Assembly (NCBI GenBank): GCA_964016885.1
Contig: OZ024744.1
Location: 62,806,001 to 62,870,000 of the forward strand
From: Eledone cirrhosa
Taxonomy: Eukaryota
Reading direction: 5' to 3'
Length of the DNA: 64,000 nucleotides
The translations under genes and the position numbers were made by a program. The notes under the pieces were generated by a model. The model made no database searches and was not told the DNA's origin. It was given only the letters and a program-made list of their open reading frames with translations. Shown one piece after another: positions 26,046 to 37,865 of this stretch (position 1 is the stretch's first letter; every line of letters starts with the position of its first letter).

Positions 26046-27228
26046 GTGTAGTATTAACAACTATAACCCCATAAAACTAACTTTCAACCATCTTTTTTTC
26101 TTGTCAACTTAACCGAAACACAAAAATGAATTCTCTGGACAGAAATAATTTCTCTTCATAAGTTGCCCATTTCTTTAACTCTTTTGTTACCATTTTTTAA
26201 ATGAAAGATACTGCATATTATTTTCAATTAATTTTGAAAATAATCAAAAATTTGGAGGGATTTAGCAATATAACTAGCTTTCTCAATATTTGGAACATAA
26301 CTTAACAAAGGTTCTTACATAAGATTATAAACATTTTAAACCAGATGAATTTAAGGCAGTCTCAGTTGCATTATTATTAAAATTATTATTAGCAATTATG
26401 CCAGTGCATTACTGGTACTTTATTTTATCGACCCCGTAAGGATGAAAGGCAAAGTTAACCATTGAGTTCAAATCCCGCCGAGGTTAACTTTGCCTTTCAT
26501 CCTTACGGGGTCGATAAAATAAAGTACCAGTAATGCACTGAGTAATTGCTGGCCTTGTGCCAAAAGTAGAAACAATTATTATTAAAATGGTTAACTAATC
26601 AGGCATTCATCATCATCATCATCATCATCATCATCGTTTAACATCCATCTTCCACACTAGCATGGATTAGATTTGTCCCAATTGACAAAGATTAGTTGGG
26701 TGACCGTGTCTTGCTCATATAGGACTTTATGACTGTTTTCTATGGCTGGATGCCCTTCCTAACACCAACCACATTTACAGTGTGCACTGGGAGCACTCTA
26801 CTACTTAATTTTTTTTATTGGTTTCATTTACTGAAATATGGTCATGTTTGGCCCTCTCTACAATTGGATTATTTGTTTGTTTTTGTTGATTACCGCCACT
26901 CAAATACTGTATCTGGTCCTTATTTTATTGACCACTATTTATCAAATGACAAAACCTACCTTGCTATGAAGGGACATATCTCCAACATAATAATTATAAA
27001 GAGGTACCTTTGTTCGATACACTGATATATGTCTGTTTGTTTATGTGTGTGTGTGCATACCACTTTTTAGAATAAGTAGACCATATATTTGTGTGCCATA
27101 AGAGTTGTCTAATATGGATGCAGTCAGGTAGGGCATCCAGCTGTAAAACACATCCGCAAAAAGTCTTGTCCAACCCATGCTAGAATGGAGAAACAGATAC
27201 AAACGATTATATATATATATTTGTGTGT

Positions 27229-27550
27229 GTCACGACAAAAAGCACCTAGCACACACTGTAAAGTGGTTGTGTAGGTATCACAACAAAAAGCACCCAGCAC
27301 ATACTGTAAAGTGGTCACGTAAGTGTCACGACATAAAGCACCCAGTCCACACTGTAAGGTGGTCGTTTAGGTGTCACAACAAAAAGCACCCAGTCCACAC
27401 TGTAAAGTGGTCATGTAGGAGACATGACAAATAGCACCCAGCATTCACTGTAAAGTGGTCAGTAGGGGTCACGACAAAAAGCACCCAGCCCATACTGTAA
27501 ACTGGTCATGTAGAAGACACAACAAAAAGTATCCAGTCCATACTGTAAAT
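27229..27550. repeat. ~41 bp minisatellite of the RTE 3' UTR unit
   Basis: About 8 copies of cacgacaaaaagcacccagtccacactgtaaagtggtc. Confidence 0.85.
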
Positions 27551-28035
27551 GTGGTTGATGTTAGGAAGGTCATCCAGCTGTAGAAATCTGGTCAGAAACA
27601 ATTCTATATGAGCAAGACAAGATCACTTGACCAAAATTGCCTCTAACAGGACAACCCATCTAACCCATGCTAGTGTGGAAAGTGGACGTTAAACGATGAT
27701 ATGTGTGTGTGTGTGTATGATGCACAGCTGTACACTGTCCATCCAACTGATTCTATTCACAAGGCATTAATCAAATCGAAACTATAGTTGAATGCACTTA
27801 CCTAAGAGTTCACACAGTGGGATCAAACCTTGAAAGCCCATTGTTGCGTTCTGAATTTTTAACCTCATAATCATAAAAATTAGGATTTGATCATAATTCA
27901 ACGTCTATTGAATTTATTGGAAATAATCTTTGTTTTTTTTTTCTAGGTGGTTTTTATTTTTGTTGTATTTTTTAAATGACTCTATCACTCCCTCTTTCTA
28001 CCTATCTTTATCTCTGTCTCTCTTATTCTCTCTAG

Positions 28036-28152
28036 ATGCATGTAGCAAATGTTACTGGTGCTATTGAGGAAGAATGTGAAAAGGTTTCAGAGAATATCAG
28101 TGAGAAAAATACCAAAGAAGATGACAGTGATATAATAACAAGTGAAATAATG
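28036..28152 (+). CDS. Gene A exon
   Basis: Long pyrimidine tract plus tctag acceptor, and ATG|gttagt donor. MHVANVTG...IITSEIM; phase 0 to 0. Confidence 0.8.
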
Positions 28153-28772
28153 GTTAGTGGTTTATCATTTGTTCACTGTTATGTATAAACTATACACCTA
28201 GTGTTTATATATATACTATACACTTTGTGGATATATATCATCCTCATCATTGTTTCACATCCATCTTCCACGCTAGCATGGGTTGGACGGATTTTTACTT
28301 TGTCCCCTATATGACCACTTTACAGTGTGGACTGTGTGCTTTTTGTTGTGTCACTCACCTACACGACCACTTTACAGTGGACGAAAATGGGAGGATGAAG
28401 TAGGGGTGGGGTGTAGATTGGGTTAAGAGGTGCATACTGACTGTAGGTTTAAGTTTGTATGCAAGGGAAGGCAGGTCTTCTGTATAACTACATAGCACCA
28501 AAGACCTCGATCCAGTGACATTGTCTTAGGGAGGTGTAAGTGAGCAAGGTCAGTTTTTAATCACCTCGTCCCAGGTTTTTCTTGGTCTCCCCACTCCGTA
28601 GCTTCCATCAATTTTGATCGCTCTGCACTTTTTATACAGCTGTTGTCCTTCATACACATCACATGTAATATATATCGTTTAGGGATTGTAATGTCAAGTT
28701 ACTGTAGGTTCACCAAAATGAGCACTTGATGCATATTTTCCAGTATGTATTTTGGTGTTGTACGCAGAGTGT

Positions 28773-30286
28773 AATAATAATAATGATTTCTAGTATAGGC
28801 ACAAGGCCAGAAATTTGGGAGAAAATTGATTAAATCGACCCCAGTATGTTACTGGTACTTTATTTTATCGACCCTGTAAGGATGAAAGGCAAAGTTAACC
28901 TCGGCGGGATTTGAACTCAGATTGTAAAGGACTGTAACTCTATGCTGCAAAGCATGATGTCCGACTCTCTACCAATACTGCCAATCCACCCATTATTCCA
29001 TGTATGTAAAAAACAACCAGAGACCATTGATCATATAATTTCAATGTGCAGTCCTATAGCTCCAACCGAATACCTAAACAGGTATGACAGAGCTGCACAA
29101 TACATACATTAGACAATGTGTAAGCATTTTGACCTGCCACATCAAAAGAATTGGTGGGAGCATCAACCACCTCCCATACTTGAAAACGATCACATCTCAA
29201 TCTTGTGGAACTTTAGCATCCAAACAGACCGAAAAATAGCTGCAAATAGACCTGATATAATACTGAAGGACTTTAAAAAGAGGGTATGCCTGCTAATTGA
29301 TATGTCCATTCCAATAGACAAGAATGTATCTATAAAAACATTTGCAAATTGAGCAAGTATAAGGACCTGGAGATAGAAATTGGAAAAATGTGGAAGTTGA
29401 GAACTAAAACAATACCAGTGGTTGTGGGTGCTCTAGGAATGATACCTAAGGGGTCTAATAATTACTTATTGCAAATCCCAGGAAACCCTTTTATAGAAGA
29501 AATACAAAAGTTAGTACTAATGGGAACTGCCCATATACTGAGGAAGATTATGTCAATATAAGTACATCACAAGTCTAAACACCTAAAGATGTATGTGTGA
29601 GTATGTATGTTCTTTCTTGAACATGGCGAACCTTGTTGTCTCCTGAGGTCACTGGTTGTGACTTGGTGATAACTCATATGAACATAAAGCAAGATAAATA
29701 AAATAATAATAATGGTTTCTTATATAGGCACAAGGCCAGCAATTACCCAGTGTATTACTGGTGCTTTATTTATTTGACCCCCGTAAGGATGAAAGACAAA
29801 GCTAACCTCGGCGGGATTTGAACTTAGTATGTAAAGGAACATAACTCTATGCTGCAAAGCATGGTGTCTGATGCTCTACTGATACTGCCAAACCACTGCC
29901 CTCTAGATGTAATATAGATAATTGTTTCTACTTTAGGCACAAGGCCAGCATTAAACCAGTACATTACTGGTACTTTATTTTATCGACCCCCATAAGGATG
30001 AAAGGCAAAGTCAACCTCAGCGGGATTTGAACTCAAACCATAAAGGGACGTAACTATGTTGGAAAGCATGGCGTCCGACTCTCTACCGATACTGCCAATC
30101 CACCGCCTATAGATAATAATAATAATAATATGGACAAGGTGTTAAATTTTCATTCTGTCATTACGATAACAGAAGTACGATGAGCTTTTGATTCTGGCCC
30201 AATCCATACAGATCAAACCTCAAGCTGATCAATCCCAAAATGCACGTCACACTTCAATAAATGTAATGAAGATTTAACACCTCATC

Positions 30287-30326
<40 letters not shown>

Positions 30327-30455
30327 ATAATTGTTTCTACTTTTGGCACAAGGCCAGCAATTACTTCAGTGCATTACTGGTACTTTATTTTATCGACCCC
30401 CGTAAAGATGAAAGGCAATGTTAACCTCGGTGGGATTTGAACTCAGAATATAAAA
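28773..30455 (-). mobile_element. Cluster of tRNA-derived SINEs (28773-28991, 29703-29901, 29918-30107, 30323-30455)
   Basis: Minus strand shows an A box (TGGCAGTATTGG), a B box (GAGTTCAAATCCC), a central TTTGCCTTTCATCC..GATAAAATAAAGTACC (Nin/Deu-domain-like) and a (TTA)n tail. Other copies lie near 10860, 14832, 16040, 21627, 42500, 46380 and 56270. Confidence 0.8.
28992..29713 (+). mobile_element. R4/Dong-like LINE 3' fragment (restriction-like endonuclease)
   Basis: ORFs 29116-29561 with NRPDI..D..K.KY..L..E...W...IPVVVGALG motifs, a 3' UTR and a (TAA)n tail. Confidence 0.85.
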
Positions 30456-30574
30456 GGTGGTTCAGTAGATTCATGATTTACTGAGGAGGATACCAAGATC
30501 AATACTCTATGCTAAGGCAGAGTGTATATATTGAAAACAAAGTGACGTTTCACATTAAGGTTTTTATTGATTAT

Positions 30575-30665
30575 ACATAGTTACGACTGTTTCACAGATG
30601 GGAGGTTCAGGATCTATATTTACGTTATAGACCCGACTCCAGCCTGATCTGTTCATCAGACTTGT
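30575..30665 (-). ncRNA. Candidate minimal type I hammerhead ribozyme (Penelope-type)
   Basis: Minus strand reads ACAAGT-CTGATGA-ACAGAT...ATCTGT-GAAAC-AGTC-GTA-ACTATGT: conserved core, long stem II, 2-bp stem III and stem I with one bulge. Confidence 0.5.
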
Positions 30666-30789
30666 TAATCAAGTAATCTCATTTATATATATGTATCGAT
30701 GAAACCTAAATATAGTATATATATATATATATAGTATACTACTTGTGACTATATATATATATATATATATGCTGTACATGTTGACACTG

Positions 30790-33152
30790 CACATCTAGGA
30801 GGGGAGTGTCAACTAGATTCCTTGTGGGCAAAAAAAAGATGCTACAAATTTTTCTGGGTAAGAAATGACAATGGGCTGGGTGGATTAAAAATTATGTTAG
30901 TAGCAAAAGAGGTAGATAAGGTTATTGTTGTAAATAGAGTGAATGACAGAATCATTAAAATTAGACTAGTACTACATTGAACAACCATGTCAATTATATC
31001 TGCTTATGTATCCCAATTTGGTTTGCCAGACGTACTAAAAGACAGGTTCTATGAGTTGCTAATGCATACTAATTCCCAAATAAGCAATGGTGACTTCATA
31101 ATCATTGCAGGTGACTCTAATGGACATGTCAGGTAACACTGCAATGGCTTCGATAGGATCCATGGTACTTATGGGTTTGTTGCTAGAGATGAGGAAGGTT
31201 TCAGGCTCCTGGAATTCTGTGATGCCAATGATCTATCTGTTTGTAATATGAACTTTAAAAAAAATGAGACAATCACTTGATCACCTATGAATCAGAGGGG
31301 CATACCAGCCAGATAGATTTTATCCTTACCAGAAGATGAGACAGAGTGATGGAGAGAAGCTAAGTGACAAGTATACTTTGTAAGAAATGAAGCAGAAGAT
31401 AAAAAATTTAACCATATTTTTCAATGTAAGGACCAATAGCTTGAGGTATTCAGGATTGCGAGGCAGTGAGTCAGAGAGAACTCTGATGGGGAGAAAGTGT
31501 GTCCATGATGATAATGGAGTACTTGCCCTGACTGATGCTGAAAAGAAGGTAGCATGGAAGTGCCACTATGAAAGACTACTAACTGAAGAAAATGGATGGC
31601 AAGGAGATAGTTTGCCCCAAGTTGACTCAACAAAGGGACCAGCTATACAAGTCTTATAGTATTATAGTAAGGCAATCAAGAATACGAAGACAGGCAAAGC
31701 AGCTGAGCCTTAAGGGATAGTTGCAGAGGTGCTGATAGCATCTGGGATGGTGGGTCACACCATGGCCACCCGTATTGTAAACCAAGTAATATAAAATGGT
31801 GCCATACCAAATCACTGGTGTAGCAGCATCATTGCCAACTGTTGCAAGGGCAAAAGAGATGCTCTAGATAAAGAAAACTCAAGAAGCACCAAGTTGGTTG
31901 ATCAGGTCATAAAAGTCACAGAAAGAGTTATAACACAGCCGATTAAGGACCAAGATAACCTAAATAAAATGCAATTTTGAGTTGTGGCAGGGAAAAGTAC
32001 CACGGATGCTTTCTTCCTTTTGGGGTAACTGTAGAAGTACCCAGCTAAAAGTAAACCCCTCTACTTAACTTTTGTTGACCTGGAGAAAGCTTTTGACAGA
32101 GTCTGCCATTCCATTATCTGGTGGGTTCTTTGAAAACTGGGAATAGATGAGTGGCTTGTGAAGGCATATATAGAGGAACAGACAATGACTATAATGTAGA
32201 ATTTATCATGCAGGTAGGTGTCCATCAGGACTCCGTCTTTAGCCCTCTGTTTATCATCGTCCTGCAGGCTATAACAGAGGAGTTTATGACTGTCTGCCCA
32301 TGGGAACATCTGTCTGCAGATAATCTAACCCTTATAGCTGAAACTATAGTAGAACTAGAGAAGAAATTCCAAACATGAAAGCATGGCCTAGAATCAAAAG
32401 GTCTTAAAGTTAATTTGGCAAAGACTAAAGTCCTAGAATATAGAAAGGAAAACAGGGCCCAGATTCCTTCAGAGAAATGGCTTTGCTCAGAGCATAGGAA
32501 GGGAGTAGATAGAAATTTCATTTTACACCTCAAATGCAAATTATGGGTACACCAGAGATGTAGTGGGACCACAGGCAGGCTATCAAAGAATGTAGGTTTT
32601 ATATATAGCCAATGCACGGATGCAGTAAATAGCAAGTGATCACAGGATACTAGTGATACCCAGCGGGCTCTGTAAAAATAGTCAACAGTTTCTGTTAACA
32701 CAGTGATCAGATTAGCAGTGGAGGAGGGTGTTCTGAAAGTGCAGTAGATGGAGAAAGTTCATGGAGCTACTACTAAGGTTTCTCCCTCAAAATGAAGGGC
32801 AGACTGTATAATACATGTATACGAACAGCAATGTTGCATGGTAGTGAGACCTGGGCACTGTGTGCAGTAGACTTGAGTAGATTGGAAAGAAATGAAGCCT
32901 GCATGCTCCAATGAATGTGTAATAGTAACATGCATGTATGGAAATGAACTGAGAGAGAAACTGGGCATAAGAAGGATCAGATGCAATGTGCAGGAGAGGA
33001 GATTGCATTGGTATGGCCATGTGATGCGTATGAAGGATGACAGCTGTATAAAAAGGTGCAGGGTGATTGAAGTTGATGGCAGCTATGGAGCAGGAAGACC
33101 TGGAATGAGGTGATAAAAGCTGACCTTGCACAATTGCATCACTCAAAGGCAA
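30790..33152 (+). mobile_element. Decayed RTE LINE (endonuclease to RT to C-terminus)
   Basis: Fragments GVHQDSVFSPLF, LSADN (from YADD) and ERRLHWYGHVMR, with many stops. Confidence 0.85.
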
Positions 33153-33438
33153 TTCACACATATTTCATATCTATTTTACACATATTCCATATCTAATTCA
33201 CACATATTCCATATCTAATTCACACATATTCCATATCTAATTCACACATATTCCATATCTAATTCACACATATTCCATATCTAATTTATACATATTTCAT
33301 ATCTAATTCACACATATTTCATATTATATTTACACATATTTCATATTATCTTTACACATATTTCATATTTAATTTACACTTTATGTCTAATTCACATATA
33401 TTTGCACATATTTCATATTTTATTTCAACATATTTCAT
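33151..33438. repeat. 22-bp minisatellite
   Basis: aattcacacatattccatatct repeated and decaying toward the 33448 acceptor. Confidence 0.9.
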
Positions 33439-33447
33439 GCTTTTCAG

Positions 33448-33494
33448 GAAGAATCAATCGCTGAATCTCTTTCACAATCAATCATGACCAACAG
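33448..33494 (+). CDS. Gene A exon
   Basis: ttttcag acceptor and AG|gtaaaa donor. EESIAESLSQSIMTN; phase 0 to 2. Confidence 0.75.
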
Positions 33495-33547
33495 GTAAAA
33501 ATAAAAATAATCTTTTGTCTCAGCATGTATTGGCTATATATCTGACG

Positions 33548-34110
33548 CATAGAGTTACGGCCCTTGCCATTCTGAGTTCAAATACCGCCGAGGTTAACTT
33601 TGCCTTTCATCTTTACGGGATCGATAAAATAAAGTACCAGTAATACACTGAGATAATTGCTGGCCTTGTGCCTAAAGTAGAAACAGTTATTAGTGGTGGT
33701 TAGCTTTGCCTTTCATCCTTATCGGGGTTGATAAAATAAAGTACCAGTAACGTACTGAGGATCGATTTAATTGACTTTCCTCTCTCCCCAAATTACTGGC
33801 CTTGTGCCTAAAGTAGAAATCATTATTATTATTATAATGGTGGTGGATTGGCAGAATCAGTAGAGCGTCAGACACCATGCTTTGCAGCATAGAGTTACAA
33901 CTCTTTATGTTCTGAGTTTAAATATCGTCAAAGTTAGCCTTTCATCCTTACGAGGTTGATAAAATAAAGTACCAGTAATGCACTGGGGTTGATTTATCGA
34001 CTTTCCCCTTCCCTTCTAATTGCTGGCCTTGTGCCTAAAGTAGAAACAATTATTATGTGGATTGGCAGAATTGATAAAGTGTTGGGTAACATGCTTTGCA
34101 GCATATAGTC
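33548..34110 (+). mobile_element. Tandem chain of the same SINE family
   Basis: Three to four head-to-tail copies, each starting at the previous (TTA)n tail. Confidence 0.8.
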
Positions 34111-34274
34111 ATGGTGAGGAAAAGGATCAGAAAGTACACGTTAAAATATAACAAAGGTCTATTTTCTTCCAAACAAATTAATACAAGCACTAAAAGAGTG
34201 AAAAGTTGCAAGCATACCACATAATTAAATTGAACGAAAAAATGTTGCTTCTCCTAAGAAAATCCAGAACATTC

Positions 34275-37161
34275 TACCTTCCTGTGTGTCCCCCTCCATG
34301 CAGCCCCTTCTTTTCTCTCTTGTTTTCTGACACCTCTATATCTGATATAGGTGAGCTATGAGGCCCTCTTATCAGCACCAGACGGAAGAGGGGCCGGAGC
34401 TGATGGGGTGCGGCTGCTTCCACCACCTCACCTGCATTGGCTTGACTCAAGCTTCCAATGCCCTCGCAGCGTGGAGGTGCAGGAGCTGCCACTTCCCAGC
34501 CACGACCGTCTGGTACACCACCAGATGGAACAGCGAGCTTGCCTGATGCCCAAGCCTCGCTGGTCAACATCGCTTGGCTCAGGCGGCTCCAAAAGATCCC
34601 ACTCAGGATCCCGAGAGTGGCCCGGGTGCCGGTAGCCAATGCCCTCGCTTCCTTGATTGAGAGCGCCCTGGACTCCAATCGAGCCAGTGACTGGGAGCGG
34701 CTGTTCTATTTTGCCCCACTTGCCCTTGGCGTCCCCAGCTCTGGCGCTGACCGGGGCGGCTGGTCAACAGCAGCCTTCATCAAAGCCAATGTCTCATCCT
34801 TTGGGCAAGCGCCCATTCCAAGCATGCCCAAGGACGTCACACACCCCAACCTCAGGTACCCCCTATCCGCCACCCCTGAGGCCAGCACCAAGCGTTTACA
34901 TGAACAGGTAAACGCCAAGCTTCTCATGGGTGATGTCTCGGCCGCAGTCAGAGCTGTTGCCTCAGAGGACACTGTCCTCCAACCCACCGAGGTCCTGGCT
35001 GCTCTTCAACTCAAACACCCTGAACCACCCACTGATCTCAGACCCATACCCCCACCCGACCCCCACTTGCTCCTTGTGGCTTCTGATGCAGACATCATGT
35101 CCTTTCCAGCTAGCAGCTGCAGAGGTGTTGATGGTCTCTGACCAGGTCACCTCAAGGAGTTGATATCCCTCCTCTCCGCTGAGGCCGGGCGCTGCCTTCT
35201 GAGTGCAATTGTGACGCTCACCAATAGCGCCCTGGACCCTTACGCCTGAGGCCTCATTTTTTCGGCCAGCCTCACCGCTCTCGGGAAGAAAGAGGGTGGC
35301 ATACGCCCCATTGCTGTGGCCAATGTCTTCTGGAGGCTGGCTGCCAAGTTGATCTGCAAGTTCGTAACACATGAACTGGGTGTGGAGTTTAGTCCAGTGC
35401 AACTGGGTGTCGGCGTGTCCGGTGGTTGTGAAGGGGCCGCTCATGCAACCAGGCAGTTCTTCAACAGCTGCCCATCGGAACCGGCATCCAGGGACACCAG
35501 CTTGACATGAGGAATGCCTTCAATTCTTCACGCCGGGATCATCTGCTCGAGGCCTGCCTCAGCTGAGCCCCCTCTGCCTACTCACTGGCCTACCTGTCGT
35601 ATGGAGCTCCGAGCATGTTCTGCTGCTGATACGGTCATACCCTCGGCTACTGGAGTCCAACAGGGCGACCCTTTGGGACCCCTCCTGTTCGCCCTTGGTA
35701 TTGACCACATCGCCCGGAGTATCACGGCCCCTCTCAACGTTTGGTATCTGGATGATGCTACGTTGGGCGGGCCCGTATGGACTGTCTGCCATGACCTTCA
35801 ATCAGTGGTTCCTGCCCTGGCGGGAATCGGCCTCCAGGTCAACTCGGCCAATTCAGAGGTGGTGAATGTCAGCCTCGATGCTGAGAGCTTTGCAGCCTCT
35901 GTCTTGGATGTGCGGTCCATTCTCCTCAGGTCACCGATCCATCCGCTCCAGGCTTCACAACTCCAGACTCTCACGAGCCGACTGGGCTTGATTGACAGCC
36001 ACCCAGCTCTCTTTCTGCTGAGGAACTGCTTCGCCATGCTGAAGCGCTTCTATACCCTTCGCAGTGCTCCGTGCTACACTCAGACATCTCTCCTCGCTGA
36101 CCTCGATACTTGTATCCGAGGAGATATGCAATGTCAAGTTTGACGACATAGGGTGGCAACAGGCCACTTTACCTGTCAGGTATGGCGGCCTTGGTCTCCA
36201 GTTCCCGATCTCACTAGCTTTGCTGGTGTGTCTTTCGTCGGTAACTTCGTCAGCAGGGTTCTTCAAAACACAACAGAACCCTCTGTGTTCAGAGAACATG
36301 AGGCCGCCTGTGAGACGAGGAACTGGCTGTAGACGTCCCTCCTCCCCCTGTTGACGTCAAGTCCCCCCAACGCATTTGGGATGCCATCCAGTGCAGCCTG
36401 GCCTCAGACAGGCTCACGCCAGCTGGACCAGCCCCGCCTTGCTTGTTTTCGTGCGGCCTCCAAACCCCACAGTGGTGCATGGCTCCATGCGCTGCCCTCC
36501 TCCACTGGCACGCAGCTAGACAACCATAGCCTGCGAATCAGCGTCTACCTGAGGCTTGGCCTCCGGATCTGCCAGCCACACCAATGTCGCTGCGGTTCCA
36601 CCCGCTTTCCTGTCGCCACAGTGCCGGCTGCATTCCACGCAATGCTGCCCTCAATGAGGTCATTAAGCATGGCTTGGACGCTGCAGGCTTCCCTTCCCAG
36701 CTCGAGCCGGTGGGGCTGGATCGTGGGGACGGCAAAAGGCCAGATGGAATGACCATCTTCCCGTTCCGCGGTGGCAAACCCCTCGTCTGGGATGCCACTT
36801 GCACCGACACTTTCTGCAGCTGCAACCTGGTGCAGTCTGCGATTAACCCGGGTTCTGCTGCACATCAGGCTGAGGTGGGCAAACTCCTCAAATACCGGTC
36901 GCTCTCCGACAGGTTTGCGGTCTTACCCTTGGCAGTGGAGACTTCTGGTGTCTTGGCCCTAGGGCTACCTCCTTACTCACCACCATAGGCGCTGAGCTGG
37001 CCAGCCACAGGTGTGAGCCCCGCGAGTTAGTGGCTTTTCCAGCGCATCTCCCGGGGAAACGCCTTCTCCATTCTGTCCGCCAGGGCTGTGGGTGGGCCCC
37101 ATCGTGTATCATTTTTGTAAATATGACAACAGTTTATGATTTAAAAAAAAAAAAAAAAAAA
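34275..37161 (+). mobile_element. CRE-clade-like non-LTR retrotransposon, frameshifted
   Basis: RT motifs GIRPIAV, GVQQGDPLGPLLF and WYLDD; CRCG...R.NALN; REL endonuclease KRPDG...WDATC...KY..PLAVETSG; poly(A) tail 37143-37161. GC-rich relative to flanks; 5' boundary approximate. Confidence 0.85.
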
Positions 37162-37837
37162 AGTCGTAGACTGTTACGTTGTTCCACTCAGTAATAATCT
37201 GGAACGTAACTACGTTAGTAATAAGTCTTTACATGTTGTATCAAATATTGGTAGCAGAAAGGCATAGTTAAGTTGAACAATAACAATGTGTGTGAAATAT
37301 ATTTAGGTAGGAAGAATGTTGCTGGACCCTTGCTGAGAGGGCCAAAGTTTCATGTTAAGTGTTACATCTTGCTAGTTGTCAACCGGGAATGTAATTTGTG
37401 AGGTCTGGTCTCGACAAAGTGAAAAACCGCAACTGTTGGGTAGAAGTGAAAAAAGGCGCGAAGCAACTACTGGGCAGAAAGTGGCCTTTGTATTCATACA
37501 CCGCTGACCCCAAAGGGCTGGCAAGTGACAAAGAACGACCAAATCGTTCCGCAGTTATGAAATAGTGCCATTGTTTGCTACAGACATAAGTGAGTTGGGA
37601 GGGTGTTCCAGGACAATAGTGTTCCGTATAGTAAAGACTGGGTGTAGTGGACACAACATTAGTGATGAGAGAAGAACGAGTCAGAAATCTTTCAGTGGAG
37701 GTAGCATGAAACCAGCCCACTTCTAAGAAGCAGAGGTCATTGTTTAGTTATATTTATTTATTCTTAATATTCTTCTTTTTTTTTTTTTTTTTTAATAACT
37801 AAATAATACAAGTATATCTAATAATTGTATATTTCAG

Positions 37838-37865
37838 TGATGAAGACGCTTTTAAAAGCTGGTGA
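37838..37865 (+). CDS. Gene A terminal coding exon
   Basis: atttcag acceptor; phase 2 gives (S)DEDAFKSW-TGA. An AT-rich putative 3' UTR follows, with AATAAA motifs around 38625-38665. Confidence 0.7.

Noticed and set aside
33838-33930. A and B boxes as tRNA genes
   Set aside because: No cloverleaf; they are SINE heads continuing into SINE body and tail.
37162-37740. Possible solo LTR split by the CRE element (with 34111-34274)
   Set aside because: No terminal repeats, TSD or second copy could be identified.
37838-37865. Naming gene A as OFD1 because of an acidic C-terminus ending in SW
   Set aside because: Too little similarity; no other recognisable OFD1 motif in the window.
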